A program made the position numbers and the translations under genes. The notes below the pieces were generated by a model, which saw nothing but the letters and a program-made list of their open reading frames with translations, was not told the origin of the DNA and ran no database searches. Below are positions 13,131 to 22,144 of a stretch of 64,000 nucleotides of DNA, piece after piece. Every line of letters starts with the position of its first letter. The first letter of the stretch is position 1. This DNA is from a bacterium. Its GTDB lineage: Bacteria > UBA8248. The stretch lies in contig CBDBZU010000004.1 of assembly GCA_965213625.1 (NCBI GenBank), positions 2,528,001 to 2,592,000 on the forward strand, in the 5' to 3' direction.

Positions 13131-13931
13131 ATGAACGCCGAAAACACCCGCTGCCTCGTTTTGTGGATAGAGTACAAGGGCACGAATTTTCACGGTTGGC
13201 AGACCCAGCCCGGCCAGCGAACCGTCCAGAGCGTAATAGAGGGCGCGCTCACGAAGATGTGCGGGGAGCCGATACGCATCATCGGCTCGGGCCGCACCGA
13301 CGCCGGCGTCCACGCATGGGGACAGGTGGCGCATTTTCATACGCGCTCGCAAATCGAACCCTACAAGGTGCGGATCGGCCTGAACACCATGATGTGCCGC
13401 GACGTCTCGATTTTCGATTGCCGGGAAGCGCCGGGCGGTTTTCACGCCCAGTTCGACGCCGTTCGCAAGACCTATCGCTACCGCATCTTGAACCGCCGCT
13501 CGCCGAGCGCCATCCGCCATCCATACGCCTGGCACGTGCGAAAACGCCTCGATGTCGAGGCGATGGGCCGGGCGGCGGAAATCCTGGAGGGCGAGCATGA
13601 TTTCGCCAGTTTCTGCCGGGAGAAGGGGAGGCCCGATGACACCGTGCGCCGCCTGGAGCGCCTGAGCGTGGAGCGCGCGGGCGATGAGGTGGTCATCGAG
13701 GCGACGGCGGGGGGATTTCTGCGCCACATGGTGAGGAATCTGGTCGGCGTCCTGGTGGAGGTGGGCCGCGGGGAGCGCGAGGCGGATTCCGTACAAGAGG
13801 TGCTTGCGGGGAAGAACAGGGCGCTTGCGGGCGTCAACGCGCCGCCCCAGGGCTTGGCGCTGGTTAGCGTGGATTATGGCGACAGGCTGCCGCCCGGGTC
13901 CGCTCCGGGGCCCGAGGAAACCGACGCTTGA
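13131..13931 (+). CDS. truA: tRNA pseudouridine(38-40) synthase
   Basis: YKGTNFHGWQ, GRTDAGVHA and FLRHMVR motifs. Confidence 0.97.
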   Translation: MNAENTRCLVLWIEYKGTNFHGWQTQPGQRTVQSVIEGALTKMCGEPIRIIGSGRTDAGVHAWGQVAHFHTRSQIEPYKVRIGLNTMMCRDVSIFDCREAPGGFHAQFDAVRKTYRYRILNRRSPSAIRHPYAWHVRKRLDVEAMGRAAEILEGEHDFASFCREKGRPDDTVRRLERLSVERAGDEVVIEATAGGFLRHMVRNLVGVLVEVGRGEREADSVQEVLAGKNRALAGVNAPPQGLALVSVDYGDRLPPGSAPGPEETDA

Positions 13932-13957
13932 CCATTTCTCCCATATTTGGGTATCTT
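13928..13957 (+). promoter_or_regulatory. Putative sigma70 promoter of the trp leader
   Basis: TTGACC-18 bp-TATCTT, overlapping the truA stop codon. Confidence 0.45.
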
Positions 13958-13999
13958 CCTCGAAGCAGCGGAATTTTCTTGCAAGGGGTTGGGAAGCGG

Positions 14000-14071
14000 A
14001 TGGGAACGAGAGAAACATTCATGGAGGCTTGGCCCTGGCGATGCTCCGCCAAATCTGGAGGTGCGCCATAA
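14000..14071 (+). CDS. trpL: Putative trp operon leader peptide MGTRETFMEAWPWRCSAKSGGAP
   Basis: 23-codon ORF with TGG-CCC-TGG, upstream of a terminator and of trpE; alternative ATG at 14021. Confidence 0.7.
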   Translation: MGTRETFMEAWPWRCSAKSGGAP

Positions 14072-14106
14072 GGGTAATTGTCTGAGTTTTTTGAAAGTGA
14101 ATCCCC

Positions 14107-14142
14107 AAGCCATGGCGGCCCGTTCGGTCCCGTGGCTTTTTT
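14107..14142 (+). terminator. Intrinsic terminator (attenuator) upstream of trpE
   Basis: Stem AAGCCATGG (14107-14115) / CCGTGGCTT (14130-14138) with one G-U pair; T6 run at 14137-14142. Confidence 0.75.
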
Positions 14143-14172
14143 ATATGGAGGCGAGGCGCCGCTTGTAAGACG

Positions 14173-15708
14173 ATGCCTCGAATAAGGATGAATCCAGAAA
14201 ATCATTCGCCGGACAAGGAAACCTTCCTCGCTCTCTGCGAGCGGGGCAACATCATTCCGGTGTACCGGGAAATACTCGCCGACCTCGATACGCCGGTGTC
14301 CGCCTATCTGAAAATCGCCGACGGCTCCCATTCCTTCTTGCTCGAAAGCGTCGAGGGCGGGGAGAAGTGGGCGAGGTACACCTTTCTGGGCAGCGAGCCC
14401 TCTCTCATCTTCGAGAGCAAGGGCAGGCGCGTGCGGGTCACGCAGGAGGGGAAGAGTGAAGCGTTTGACGTCGATGACCCCATCGATGCGCTCAGGCAGT
14501 TGATGCAGCCCTACATACCCGTCGACCTTCCCGGCCTGCCGAGGTTCTGGGGAGGGGCCATCGGCTGCATGGGCTATGACGCGGTTCGCTTCATCGAGCG
14601 CCTGCCCGGGAATGCGCATGACGATCTCGAACTGCCCGAGCTGTTGTTCATGATCACGAAGTCGCTGATCATCTTCGACAACGCGGCGCAGAAGATGTTC
14701 GTCCTCGCCCATGCGCACATCACGGATGACGGCCCCGAGGCCGCCTATGAAGATGCGTGCGCGCGCGTCGATGCGCTCATCGATAAGCTGAGAGGCCCAT
14801 CCGTCGCCCCGCCTTACGAGCCGGTGGAAACGCCTCGGGACGGCGGGAGCGGACACCCTGTGGCGAACATGCCGGGCCTCTACTCGTCTTTCACGCGCGA
14901 GGGGTTCGAGAAGGCCGTCGCCGATACGGTGGAGCTCATCCACGCCGGCGAGGCGATCCAGGTCGTGCTCTCACAGCGCCTGGAGAGCGCCCTGGACGTG
15001 CACCCGTTCGCCATCTACCGGGCGCTGCGGACGGTCAATCCCTCGCCCTACATGTTTTATCTCGAACTCGGCGACGTCACCCTCGTCGGCGCATCGCCCG
15101 AGGTGCTCGTGCGGCTCGAGGGCGATAGGGTCGAGGTACGCCCCATCGCGGGCACACGGCGGCGCGGGCGCGACGAGGCGGAGGATCGCGCGCTGGCGGA
15201 TGAGCTCCTCGCCGATGAGAAGGAACGCGCCGAGCACATCATGCTCGTCGATCTGGGCCGCAACGACATCGGCCGTGTCTGCGAGCGCGGGACGGTGCGC
15301 GTCACCGAGCAGATGGTCATAGAGCGCTACTCCCACGTCATGCACATCGTGAGCAACGTGGTGGGCGAGCTGGCCGAGGGCAGGGACGCCTTCGACGTGC
15401 TCAGGGCCTCCTTTCCGGCCGGCACCGTCTCGGGCGCGCCCAAGGTGCGGGCCATGGAGATCATCGACGAGATGGAGCCCGTGCGGCGGGGTCCCTATGC
15501 GGGCGCGGTGGGGTATTTCGGCTTCGGCGGCAGCATGGACACCTGCATCGCCATCCGTACGCTCTACGCGCGCGGCGGCAAGCTCTACCTCCAGGTGGGC
15601 GCGGGCGTCGTGGCGGACTCGAAGCCCGATTTCGAGTACGAGGAAACCATCAACAAGGCCCGAGGGTCGCTGCGCGCGCTGGACGTGGCGCGGGGCGGCC
15701 TTCCGTAG
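14173..15708 (+). CDS. trpE: Anthranilate synthase component I
   Basis: LLESVEGGEKWARY, NPSPYM, PIAGTR, EHIMLVDLGRND and FPAGTVSGAPK motifs. Confidence 0.96.
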   Translation: MPRIRMNPENHSPDKETFLALCERGNIIPVYREILADLDTPVSAYLKIADGSHSFLLESVEGGEKWARYTFLGSEPSLIFESKGRRVRVTQEGKSEAFDVDDPIDALRQLMQPYIPVDLPGLPRFWGGAIGCMGYDAVRFIERLPGNAHDDLELPELLFMITKSLIIFDNAAQKMFVLAHAHITDDGPEAAYEDACARVDALIDKLRGPSVAPPYEPVETPRDGGSGHPVANMPGLYSSFTREGFEKAVADTVELIHAGEAIQVVLSQRLESALDVHPFAIYRALRTVNPSPYMFYLELGDVTLVGASPEVLVRLEGDRVEVRPIAGTRRRGRDEAEDRALADELLADEKERAEHIMLVDLGRNDIGRVCERGTVRVTEQMVIERYSHVMHIVSNVVGELAEGRDAFDVLRASFPAGTVSGAPKVRAMEIIDEMEPVRRGPYAGAVGYFGFGGSMDTCIAIRTLYARGGKLYLQVGAGVVADSKPDFEYEETINKARGSLRALDVARGGLP

Positions 15709-15723
15709 GCCGGAGAATACGAT

Positions 15724-16308
15724 ATGAAGCGCGTATTGATGATCGATAATTACGATTCGTTCACCTACAACCTCGTCCAGTATCTGGCCGAACTCGGTGC
15801 TGAGGTCACGGTGTGGCGGAACGATCAGTTCGAGCTCGATGACGTGGCCGAACTCGCGCCCGAGATGATCTTCATCTCCCCGGGGCCGGGGCGGCCCGAA
15901 TCAGCCGGTCTCTCCATGCCGCTCGTCGAGCGCTTTGCGGGGGAATATCCCATCCTGGGCGTGTGCCTAGGGCATCAGGCCATCGCGCAGGTATACGGCG
16001 GCGGCATCGTCCGCGCCGAGCGGATCATGCACGGAAAAACCTCGGAAATTCACCACGACGGGCGGGGCGTTTTTTGCGAACTCCCGAACCCGATGACGGC
16101 CACGAGGTACCACAGCCTCCTGCTTGCGCGCGAGAACATACCGCCCGAAATCGAGGTGTGCGCGGAGACGGATGAGGGCGAGATCATGGGGCTCCGCATC
16201 CGGGGCGTGGCGGTCGCGGGCGTTCAGTTTCACCCCGAGTCCATACTCTCGCCCGAGGGCAAGGCGCTGCTTCAAAATGCGCTCGAAGGCGCTATCGACC
16301 GGCCTTGA
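15724..16308 (+). CDS. trpG: Anthranilate synthase component II (glutamine amidotransferase)
   Basis: IDNYDSFTYN, GVCLGHQ and QFHPES motifs. Confidence 0.95.
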   Translation: MKRVLMIDNYDSFTYNLVQYLAELGAEVTVWRNDQFELDDVAELAPEMIFISPGPGRPESAGLSMPLVERFAGEYPILGVCLGHQAIAQVYGGGIVRAERIMHGKTSEIHHDGRGVFCELPNPMTATRYHSLLLARENIPPEIEVCAETDEGEIMGLRIRGVAVAGVQFHPESILSPEGKALLQNALEGAIDRP

Positions 16309-16459
16309 GGGAATCCGCGCGGACGCGGTATGGTAACCTGGAACAAGCGAAACTCACGCGCTCTCAGACGCAAATCACAAGAGGTGTGCGTGCGGTGGCG
16401 CGGACCGCAACGGAGCGGGAACGAATGAAGACACAACAACTCAATGAGGATATGCGTTC

Positions 16460-17470
16460 ATGATTCAGGAAGCCATCGGAAAGCTCGTGGAAGGCCGCCA
16501 CCTGAGTGCGGATGAGGCGGAGAAGGTGATGGACCTCATCATGACGGGCGAGGCCACCCAGGCCCAGATCGGCGCCTATCTGGTGGCGCTCCGCATGGCG
16601 GGAGAGACGCCCGAGGAAATCGCTGGCAGCGTCCGCTCCATGCGCGCCAGGGCGACGTGGGTGAAGACCAAGCACCCCTTCGTGGTTGACGTGGTGGGCA
16701 CGGGCGGCGACGGCGCCCATACCTTCAACATCAGCACGAGCGCGGCTCTCGTCGTGGCGGCGGCGGGCCAGCCCGTGGCGAAACACGGCAACCGTGCGGT
16801 GTCGAGCAAATCGGGCGCCGCCGACGTATTGAAGGCGTTGGGGGTGAACATCGAGGCCACGCCCGAGAAGGTGGGCGAGTGCATCGACGAGGCGGGCGTG
16901 GGCTTTATGTTCGCGCCCATGCTCCACGGCGCGATGAAGCACGCCATCGGCCCCAGGCGCGAGATCGCCATGCGCAGCATCTTTAACGTCATGGGTCCGC
17001 TCACGAACCCCGCGCGCGCCCAGAGCCAGCTGGTGGGCGTGTACGCGGCAGAACTCACCGAGCTGGTGGCGGACGTGCTTCGTCAGGTGGGCTGCCGGAA
17101 GGCGCTCGTTGTGCACGGGTCCGACGGTATGGACGAGTTGACGCTCACTGGCTCCTCGCGCGTCTCGGAGTGGGACGGGAGCGAGATCAGGACGTATGAC
17201 GTCACGCCGGAAGATGCAGGCCTCGAGCGCGCAGACGCAGATGCCGTGAAGGGCGGCGAGCCTGAGGAGAACGCGGAGATCACGCGCGCCATCCTTGGTG
17301 GTGAGATAGGCCCCAAGCGCGACATCGTGCTCTTGAACGCCGCCGCGGCCCTCATCGCCGCGGACAAGGCGGGGGATCTGAGAGAGGGCGTCGCCCAGGC
17401 GGCCGCGGCAATAGATTCGGGCGAGGCGGCGAGCGTCCTCGCGCGCCTCGTGGAAGTGTCCAACTCCTGA
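16460..17470 (+). CDS. trpD: Anthranilate phosphoribosyltransferase
   Basis: GTGGDGAHTFNIST and KHGNRAVSSKSGAAD motifs. Confidence 0.97.
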   Translation: MIQEAIGKLVEGRHLSADEAEKVMDLIMTGEATQAQIGAYLVALRMAGETPEEIAGSVRSMRARATWVKTKHPFVVDVVGTGGDGAHTFNISTSAALVVAAAGQPVAKHGNRAVSSKSGAADVLKALGVNIEATPEKVGECIDEAGVGFMFAPMLHGAMKHAIGPRREIAMRSIFNVMGPLTNPARAQSQLVGVYAAELTELVADVLRQVGCRKALVVHGSDGMDELTLTGSSRVSEWDGSEIRTYDVTPEDAGLERADADAVKGGEPEENAEITRAILGGEIGPKRDIVLLNAAAALIAADKAGDLREGVAQAAAAIDSGEAASVLARLVEVSNS

Positions 17471-17488
17471 GCGAGGTGGGTATGGCTT

Positions 17489-17838
17489 GGGGTTGTTGGA
17501 AAAGTTCTGGAAAGCAATTTTGAGTTTCTCGCACGCTTTTGAAGTTCACTCCCCCCTTGAGGGTCATTGCCGACCGAAAAGGGAGGGAATGTCGGTGAGG
17601 TAAGGGCGCATGCCCGCAAGCGAACCGGTTGGGGGTAGAATTCGGAATGGCGATCAAACACGTTTTACCCCCCACGCATCAGCCTTCGCACAAGTCGCTC
17701 GGCTTTTGCTACTCCCCCTCAAGGGGGGAGTGGATCTCTTCTCTCTCGTCGGTTGGCAATGCCGTTCAAGGGCGAAGCTCGAAACCGTGCCGGTGGGGGG
17801 TGAATTTCGGGCAATTTGTGACTGATTCAACAAAACCC
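17489..17838. repeat. Palindromic MITE/REP-like element, copy 2 (inverted relative to copy 3)
   Basis: Inner IR CACTCCCCCCTTGAGGG (17547-17563) / CCCTCAAGGGGGGAGTG (17716-17732); 17489-17544 matches the reverse complement of 20086-20141 at 43/56 positions without gaps; right outer limit uncertain. Confidence 0.8.
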
Positions 17839-17886
17839 GGCTTCGCTGGCTCATAGATTGTCGATTCCTGCTGGGAGCATGAAACC

Positions 17887-18726
17887 TTGACGATTGCGAC
17901 GCATACGGTTTTGGATAAGCTCGTGGAAGGCGTCCGCGAGGACATCGCCTCGGACAAGAGACGGCGCTCCGAAGCCGACCTCAAATCCATGGCGAAGGAT
18001 GCGCCGCCCACGGTGAGTTTCGCAGGCGCGCTCAGGCGGCCCGAGTCTGGCGAAGATGACGACGGCAGCCTGATGCGCGTCATCGCCGAAGTGAAACAGG
18101 CCTCCCCCTCTCAGGGCCAGATTGCCGAGAGTTTTGAGCCGGGCGAAATCGCCAAAGCCTATGAGGCGGGCGGCGCCGCCGCCGTTTCGGTGCTGACCGA
18201 GCGGAGACGCTTTCTCGGCGAAATGGCGCATCTGGAACAAGTGCGCGGCGCGGTGGGTCTGCCCGTTCTCAGGAAAGAGTTTATCTTCACCGAATACCAG
18301 ATACTGGAGGCCCGCGCGGGCGGGGCGGACGCCATTCTGCTGATAGCGGCCATCCTGGAGACGGCGCAGATGGAGGATTTGCGCGCGCTCGCAGAAGAAC
18401 TGGAGATGGACGCGCTCGTTGAGGTGTATGCCGAAGAAGAACTCGGGCGCGCCCTGGAAGCCGGGACCCGGGTGCTCGGCGTGAACAACCGCAATCTCAA
18501 GACCTTCGAGGTTGATACGGAGCATACTTCCCGTGTATTCGGGCGGCTCACGCCCGAGCAGAGAGAAGCGCTCGCCCTGGTGTCGGAGAGCGGGATATTC
18601 GGATGGGAGGAGGTGGCTCCGCTCGTGGATGAGGGGGTGGACGCCATCCTCGTCGGCGAGGCCCTCATGCGCGCGCCCGACACCGGGGAACTGCTGCGCG
18701 AATTGAGGGGCATCGGAGTCGAATAG
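17887..18726 (+). CDS. trpC: Indole-3-glycerol phosphate synthase
   Basis: IAEVKQASPS, SVLTE, LRKEF, GVNNRNL and VSESG motifs. Confidence 0.96.
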   Translation: MTIATHTVLDKLVEGVREDIASDKRRRSEADLKSMAKDAPPTVSFAGALRRPESGEDDDGSLMRVIAEVKQASPSQGQIAESFEPGEIAKAYEAGGAAAVSVLTERRRFLGEMAHLEQVRGAVGLPVLRKEFIFTEYQILEARAGGADAILLIAAILETAQMEDLRALAEELEMDALVEVYAEEELGRALEAGTRVLGVNNRNLKTFEVDTEHTSRVFGRLTPEQREALALVSESGIFGWEEVAPLVDEGVDAILVGEALMRAPDTGELLRELRGIGVE

Positions 18727-18816
18727 CGAAAAACATCCGTCGGCGAATGCGCCGTAAGGTATTGAATATTTTATCTAAAACTGAGTTTCGCGGCATAGCC
18801 TGAAGGGGAAACCTGC

Positions 18817-19707
18817 ATGTACGAAGAGATTGTTTACTACAGCGACGGCCTCAAAATCGCATCCCACCTCTATGCGCCCAAAGGCTGGAAAAAGGGCGAC
18901 CCGCCCGGACCCGCCATCATCTGCCTGCACGGCTACAGCGGGATGAAGGAAGTCTACGGGATGGACGTGCCCAGGCGTCTCTGGGAGGAGGGCTATTTCA
19001 TCCTGGCGCCCGATCACCGCGGCTTCGGCAAGAGCGATGGCGAGCGCGGCCGCCAGCGGCCCCTGGAGCAGGCGCAGGATACCTACGACGCCATCTCCTA
19101 CATGGAGACCGTCGAGGGCGTGGACCCCGAGCGAATCGGCATTTTCGGAACGAGCTTCGGCGGGGCGAACGCCATCTGGGTGGCGGCCTTCGATGAGCGC
19201 GTGAAGGTGGTGGTCTCCTCGGTGGGGGTGCACGAGGGCGAGCGCTGGATGCGTTCGGTGAGGAGGCCGCACGAGTGGGATTCGTTCCAGAAGACAGTCA
19301 TGGCGGCCGCCAGAAAGCGCGTCACCACCGGCGAGCCGACCACCATGCCGCTGCCCGAGATCATGCTCTGCGATCCCCATACGCTCAAGGTCATCCAGGA
19401 GAACCACCAGAAACACGATGACTACGTGAAGGACTACGACCTGCAAAGCGCCGAGGCCTGCTGGCGCTACAAGCCCGAGTGGGTGGCGGACAGGATCGCG
19501 CCGCGCCCTGTCTTGTTCATCTATTCGGAAAACGATTTCCTCGTGCCCGTGCAGGAGCAAATCAGCTGCTACGAGGCCTGCGGAGAGCCTAAGAAAATCG
19601 TCAAACTCCCCGGCGCGCAGCATTACGAGTCCTATTATTTCTGCAGCCCCGAGCACCACGAAATCGGCATGGTCGAAGCGGTCAACTGGTTCAAGAAGTA
19701 TTTATGA
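18817..19707 (+). CDS. Alpha/beta-fold hydrolase
   Basis: HG oxyanion motif, DHRGFGKSDG, nucleophile elbow GTSFGG, Asp in NDFLVP and His in AQHY. Confidence 0.9.
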   Translation: MYEEIVYYSDGLKIASHLYAPKGWKKGDPPGPAIICLHGYSGMKEVYGMDVPRRLWEEGYFILAPDHRGFGKSDGERGRQRPLEQAQDTYDAISYMETVEGVDPERIGIFGTSFGGANAIWVAAFDERVKVVVSSVGVHEGERWMRSVRRPHEWDSFQKTVMAAARKRVTTGEPTTMPLPEIMLCDPHTLKVIQENHQKHDDYVKDYDLQSAEACWRYKPEWVADRIAPRPVLFIYSENDFLVPVQEQISCYEACGEPKKIVKLPGAQHYESYYFCSPEHHEIGMVEAVNWFKKYL

Positions 19708-19713
19708 CGCTTG
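19672..19713 (+). repeat. Left copy of a 42-bp direct repeat (3' end of the hydrolase gene)
   Basis: Matches 22064-22105 at 34/42 positions, with an identical 16-bp core TCAAGAAGTATTTATG. Confidence 0.8.
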
Positions 19714-19845
19714 TGTCGATGGCTTGAATGAAGGGGGCAACGGAGCGATAGGCACTTGCATATCCAGTTGTAGAGAACGACGCCCCCTCGCCGCAACTTC
19801 ATGCCCGGCGGCCACGGATTATGGCTCGGGATGCTCTCTCAAAAT

Positions 19846-20141
19846 GGAGCCGTTGAATAATCCATGATTTCGCGATTCGGTGTATCTGACTGACCGATGA
19901 GAGAGGGAATTCACTCCCCCCCTGAGGGGGAGTCGAAGAGGCCGAGCAGTTTATGCGAAGGCCTATTCGGTGGGGGGACATGCCACGGATTAAAAGCTCC
20001 CCCCACCAACTCGCCTGCGGGCCTCGCCCTTGTCTCGTTGTCGGGCATTCCCCTCGGGATGCCCGACCCTAAAGGGGGGAGTTAACTTCAAAGGCGTTCG
20101 TGCAACCCAAATTCACTTGCCGGGACTTTTTCAACATCCCC
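19846..20141. repeat. Palindromic MITE/REP-like element, copy 3
   Basis: Imperfect inner IR at 19911-19930 / 20067-20085; imperfect outer IR GGAGCCGTTGAATAATCC / GACTTTTTCAACATCCCC (12/18). Confidence 0.8.
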
Positions 20142-20291
20142 AACAAGGGGGGGTGCTCTCTGGACAAAGGCTTTTCAAGAACCCCTTTCAGAGTCGGCTT
20201 GATGGGGTTTTGCCGGGTTTGTGCTCCTGTTCGTAAATTGAGTATCATGTGCAACGAGCCTGCTTTCCCCCAATGAGAGCCATTATCTCCA

Positions 20292-21614
20292 ATGACCAGG
20301 CAACTGCACCTCAATTTGTTCATCCAGTCCCGGGGCCACCACGAAGCAGCCTGGAACCATCCCGATTCTTCGACGGCCTCGCTTACCGATATAAACTACT
20401 ATGTGGATTTAGCCCAACGTGCGGAGAAGGCGCTTTTTGATTCGCTCTTTTTCGCCGATTCCCTGATGTTGACGCCGGATGCGCCGCGCGCCGGGCGGCT
20501 CTGGCTGGAACCAATCACTTTATTGGCGGCGATCGCCGTCGCAACCGAGCGGGTCGGGCTGATCGCGACGGGGTCGAGCACATATTTCGAGGCCTTCAAC
20601 CTGGCGCGGCAGTTCAGCTCGATCGATCACATCAGCAATGGCCGCGCCGGCTGGAATATCGTCACCACCTGGATGGCGAAGGTCTCGCGCAATTTCGGTG
20701 ATGCGGGTCAGGATAGTCATGCGGACCGCTACCTGATGGCCGAGGAATTCGTACAGGTCGTCAAAGATTTATGGGACAGCTGGGCCGATGACGCCGTGGT
20801 AGACGATCGCAAAGGCGGCGCCTACGCCAAAAGCGATCGAATTCGTCCAATCGACTTTAGTGGCAAGTATTATAGCGTTGCGGGGCCGCTGACCCTGCCG
20901 CGCAGTCCGCAGGGGCGGCCGGTGCTGGTGCAGGCGGGATCGTCGGATGCCGGACGTGATTTTGCTTCGCGTCACGCCGAGGCGGTATTTACGGCCCACC
21001 TCGAAAAGGCGACGGCGCAGCAGTTTTACACGGATATCAAGAAGCGGGCGGCAGCGGCGGGCCGCGATGCAAGCCAGGTCCTGATTCTGCCTGGCCTGAG
21101 CCCGATGATTGCGTCGACCGAGGCCGAAGCAAAACGGATGGAGCAGGACCTCAATGAGAGTACCGACCCGGAGAGCGGTCGCCGTACGCTCTCTTCACGG
21201 TTCGACGGACATGATTTCTCGCATTTGCCGCTGGACCGACCGCTGACGCCGGACGATTTCCCTCCACCCTCCGGTGTCGAAACCATGCGTAGCCGGTCCG
21301 AGTTGGTCGTCAATCTCGTGCGTAACGAAGGCCTTACCTTGCGGCAGCTTCTGGCCCGTTTCGCCGGTGCTCGCGGCCACTTTACTTTCGCCGGCACACC
21401 CGGGCAGGTCGCTGATTTGATTGAGGACTGGTTCCGGGATGGCGCCGCCGATGGTTTCAATGTCATGCCGCCGCTTTTTCCCACGATGCTGGATGCTTTT
21501 GTCGAAGAGGTGATTCCGGTTCTTCAGCGCCGCGGGCTGTTCCGGACGGAATATGAAGGCAAGACGCTGCGGGAACACTATGGGCTCGATAGACCCGCCG
21601 GGCGGTTTTGGTAG
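20292..21614 (+). CDS. LLM-class FMNH2-dependent monooxygenase (NtaA/SnaA/DszA-like)
   Basis: HHEAAW, FFAD, GRAGWNIVT, PRSPQGRPVLVQAGSS and EYEGKTLREHYGL motifs. Confidence 0.93.
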   Translation: MTRQLHLNLFIQSRGHHEAAWNHPDSSTASLTDINYYVDLAQRAEKALFDSLFFADSLMLTPDAPRAGRLWLEPITLLAAIAVATERVGLIATGSSTYFEAFNLARQFSSIDHISNGRAGWNIVTTWMAKVSRNFGDAGQDSHADRYLMAEEFVQVVKDLWDSWADDAVVDDRKGGAYAKSDRIRPIDFSGKYYSVAGPLTLPRSPQGRPVLVQAGSSDAGRDFASRHAEAVFTAHLEKATAQQFYTDIKKRAAAAGRDASQVLILPGLSPMIASTEAEAKRMEQDLNESTDPESGRRTLSSRFDGHDFSHLPLDRPLTPDDFPPPSGVETMRSRSELVVNLVRNEGLTLRQLLARFAGARGHFTFAGTPGQVADLIEDWFRDGAADGFNVMPPLFPTMLDAFVEEVIPVLQRRGLFRTEYEGKTLREHYGLDRPAGRFW

Positions 21615-21679
21615 ATGAAAAGACGCTGAATTTTCCAGGCGCCGCGAACTCCTTATAACTTTATGCAGGGACTTATGTC

Positions 21680-21778
21680 ATGCGGTGAATAGGAGCGCTA
21701 TTCACCGCATTTCGTGCGGTAATTATGCTTGCTTATGCAGTGAATAAAAGCAGAATCACTACAATTAATGCGGTGATT
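21680..21778. promoter_or_regulatory. Array of TGCGGTGAAT-like motifs upstream of the Fic gene; candidate operator
   Basis: Perfect 13-bp IR ATGCGGTGAATAG-N5-CTATTCACCGCAT (21680-21710); further variants at 21715, 21736, 21754 (reverse) and 21769. Confidence 0.6.
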
Positions 21779-21781
21779 GAT

Positions 21782-22105
21782 ATGTGGATACATGAACATC
21801 AAAGCTGGCCGGACTTCATCTGGGACGAAGGAAAACTCGCCTCGATGCTTTCGGAGGTTCGGCATCGGCAGGGTCGTCTGCTCGGCAGGATGGAAGGATT
21901 GGGCTTTGTGCTCAGGCGTGAGGCGAGCCTCATCACGCTGACGAATGATGTGGTCAAATCATCAGCCATCGAGGGAGAAAATCTGGATCCCCGAGAGGTG
22001 AACTTATCCATCGTCCGACGCTTGGACATCGATTTTGCCGGGCTTGTTCCAACAAGCCGCGATGTCGAGGCCATCGACAGGCTCAAGAAGTATTTATGGC
22101 GCTAG
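21782..22105 (+). pseudogene. Truncated Fic-family protein (DUF4172-like N-terminal region only)
   Basis: MWIHEHQSWPDFIWD...RQGRLLG...SSAIEGENL; similarity ends at RDVE, and no HPFxDGNGR catalytic motif follows. Confidence 0.8.
22064..22105 (+). repeat. Right copy of the 42-bp direct repeat
   Basis: Encodes VEAIDRLKKYL, compared with the hydrolase C-terminus VEAVNWFKKYL. Confidence 0.8.
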
Positions 22106-22144
22106 GTAGAGTGGCCTGACGAGTAAGGAAGCGAGTTGTGGTTG

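Noticed and set aside
19685-19712. Direct-repeat core as a Xer/dif site
   Set aside because: Only TTATG matches; the left arm lacks the ATAA end and arm symmetry.
6459-20085. Palindromic repeats as a CRISPR array
   Set aside because: The copies are kilobases apart, with no repeat-spacer periodicity and no cas genes.
17352-20236. Similar peptides TLKGGVNFK...LFQxPQ in short ORFs at 17352-17675 and 20030-20236
   Set aside because: These are translations of the repeated non-coding element, and the ORFs share no start or length.
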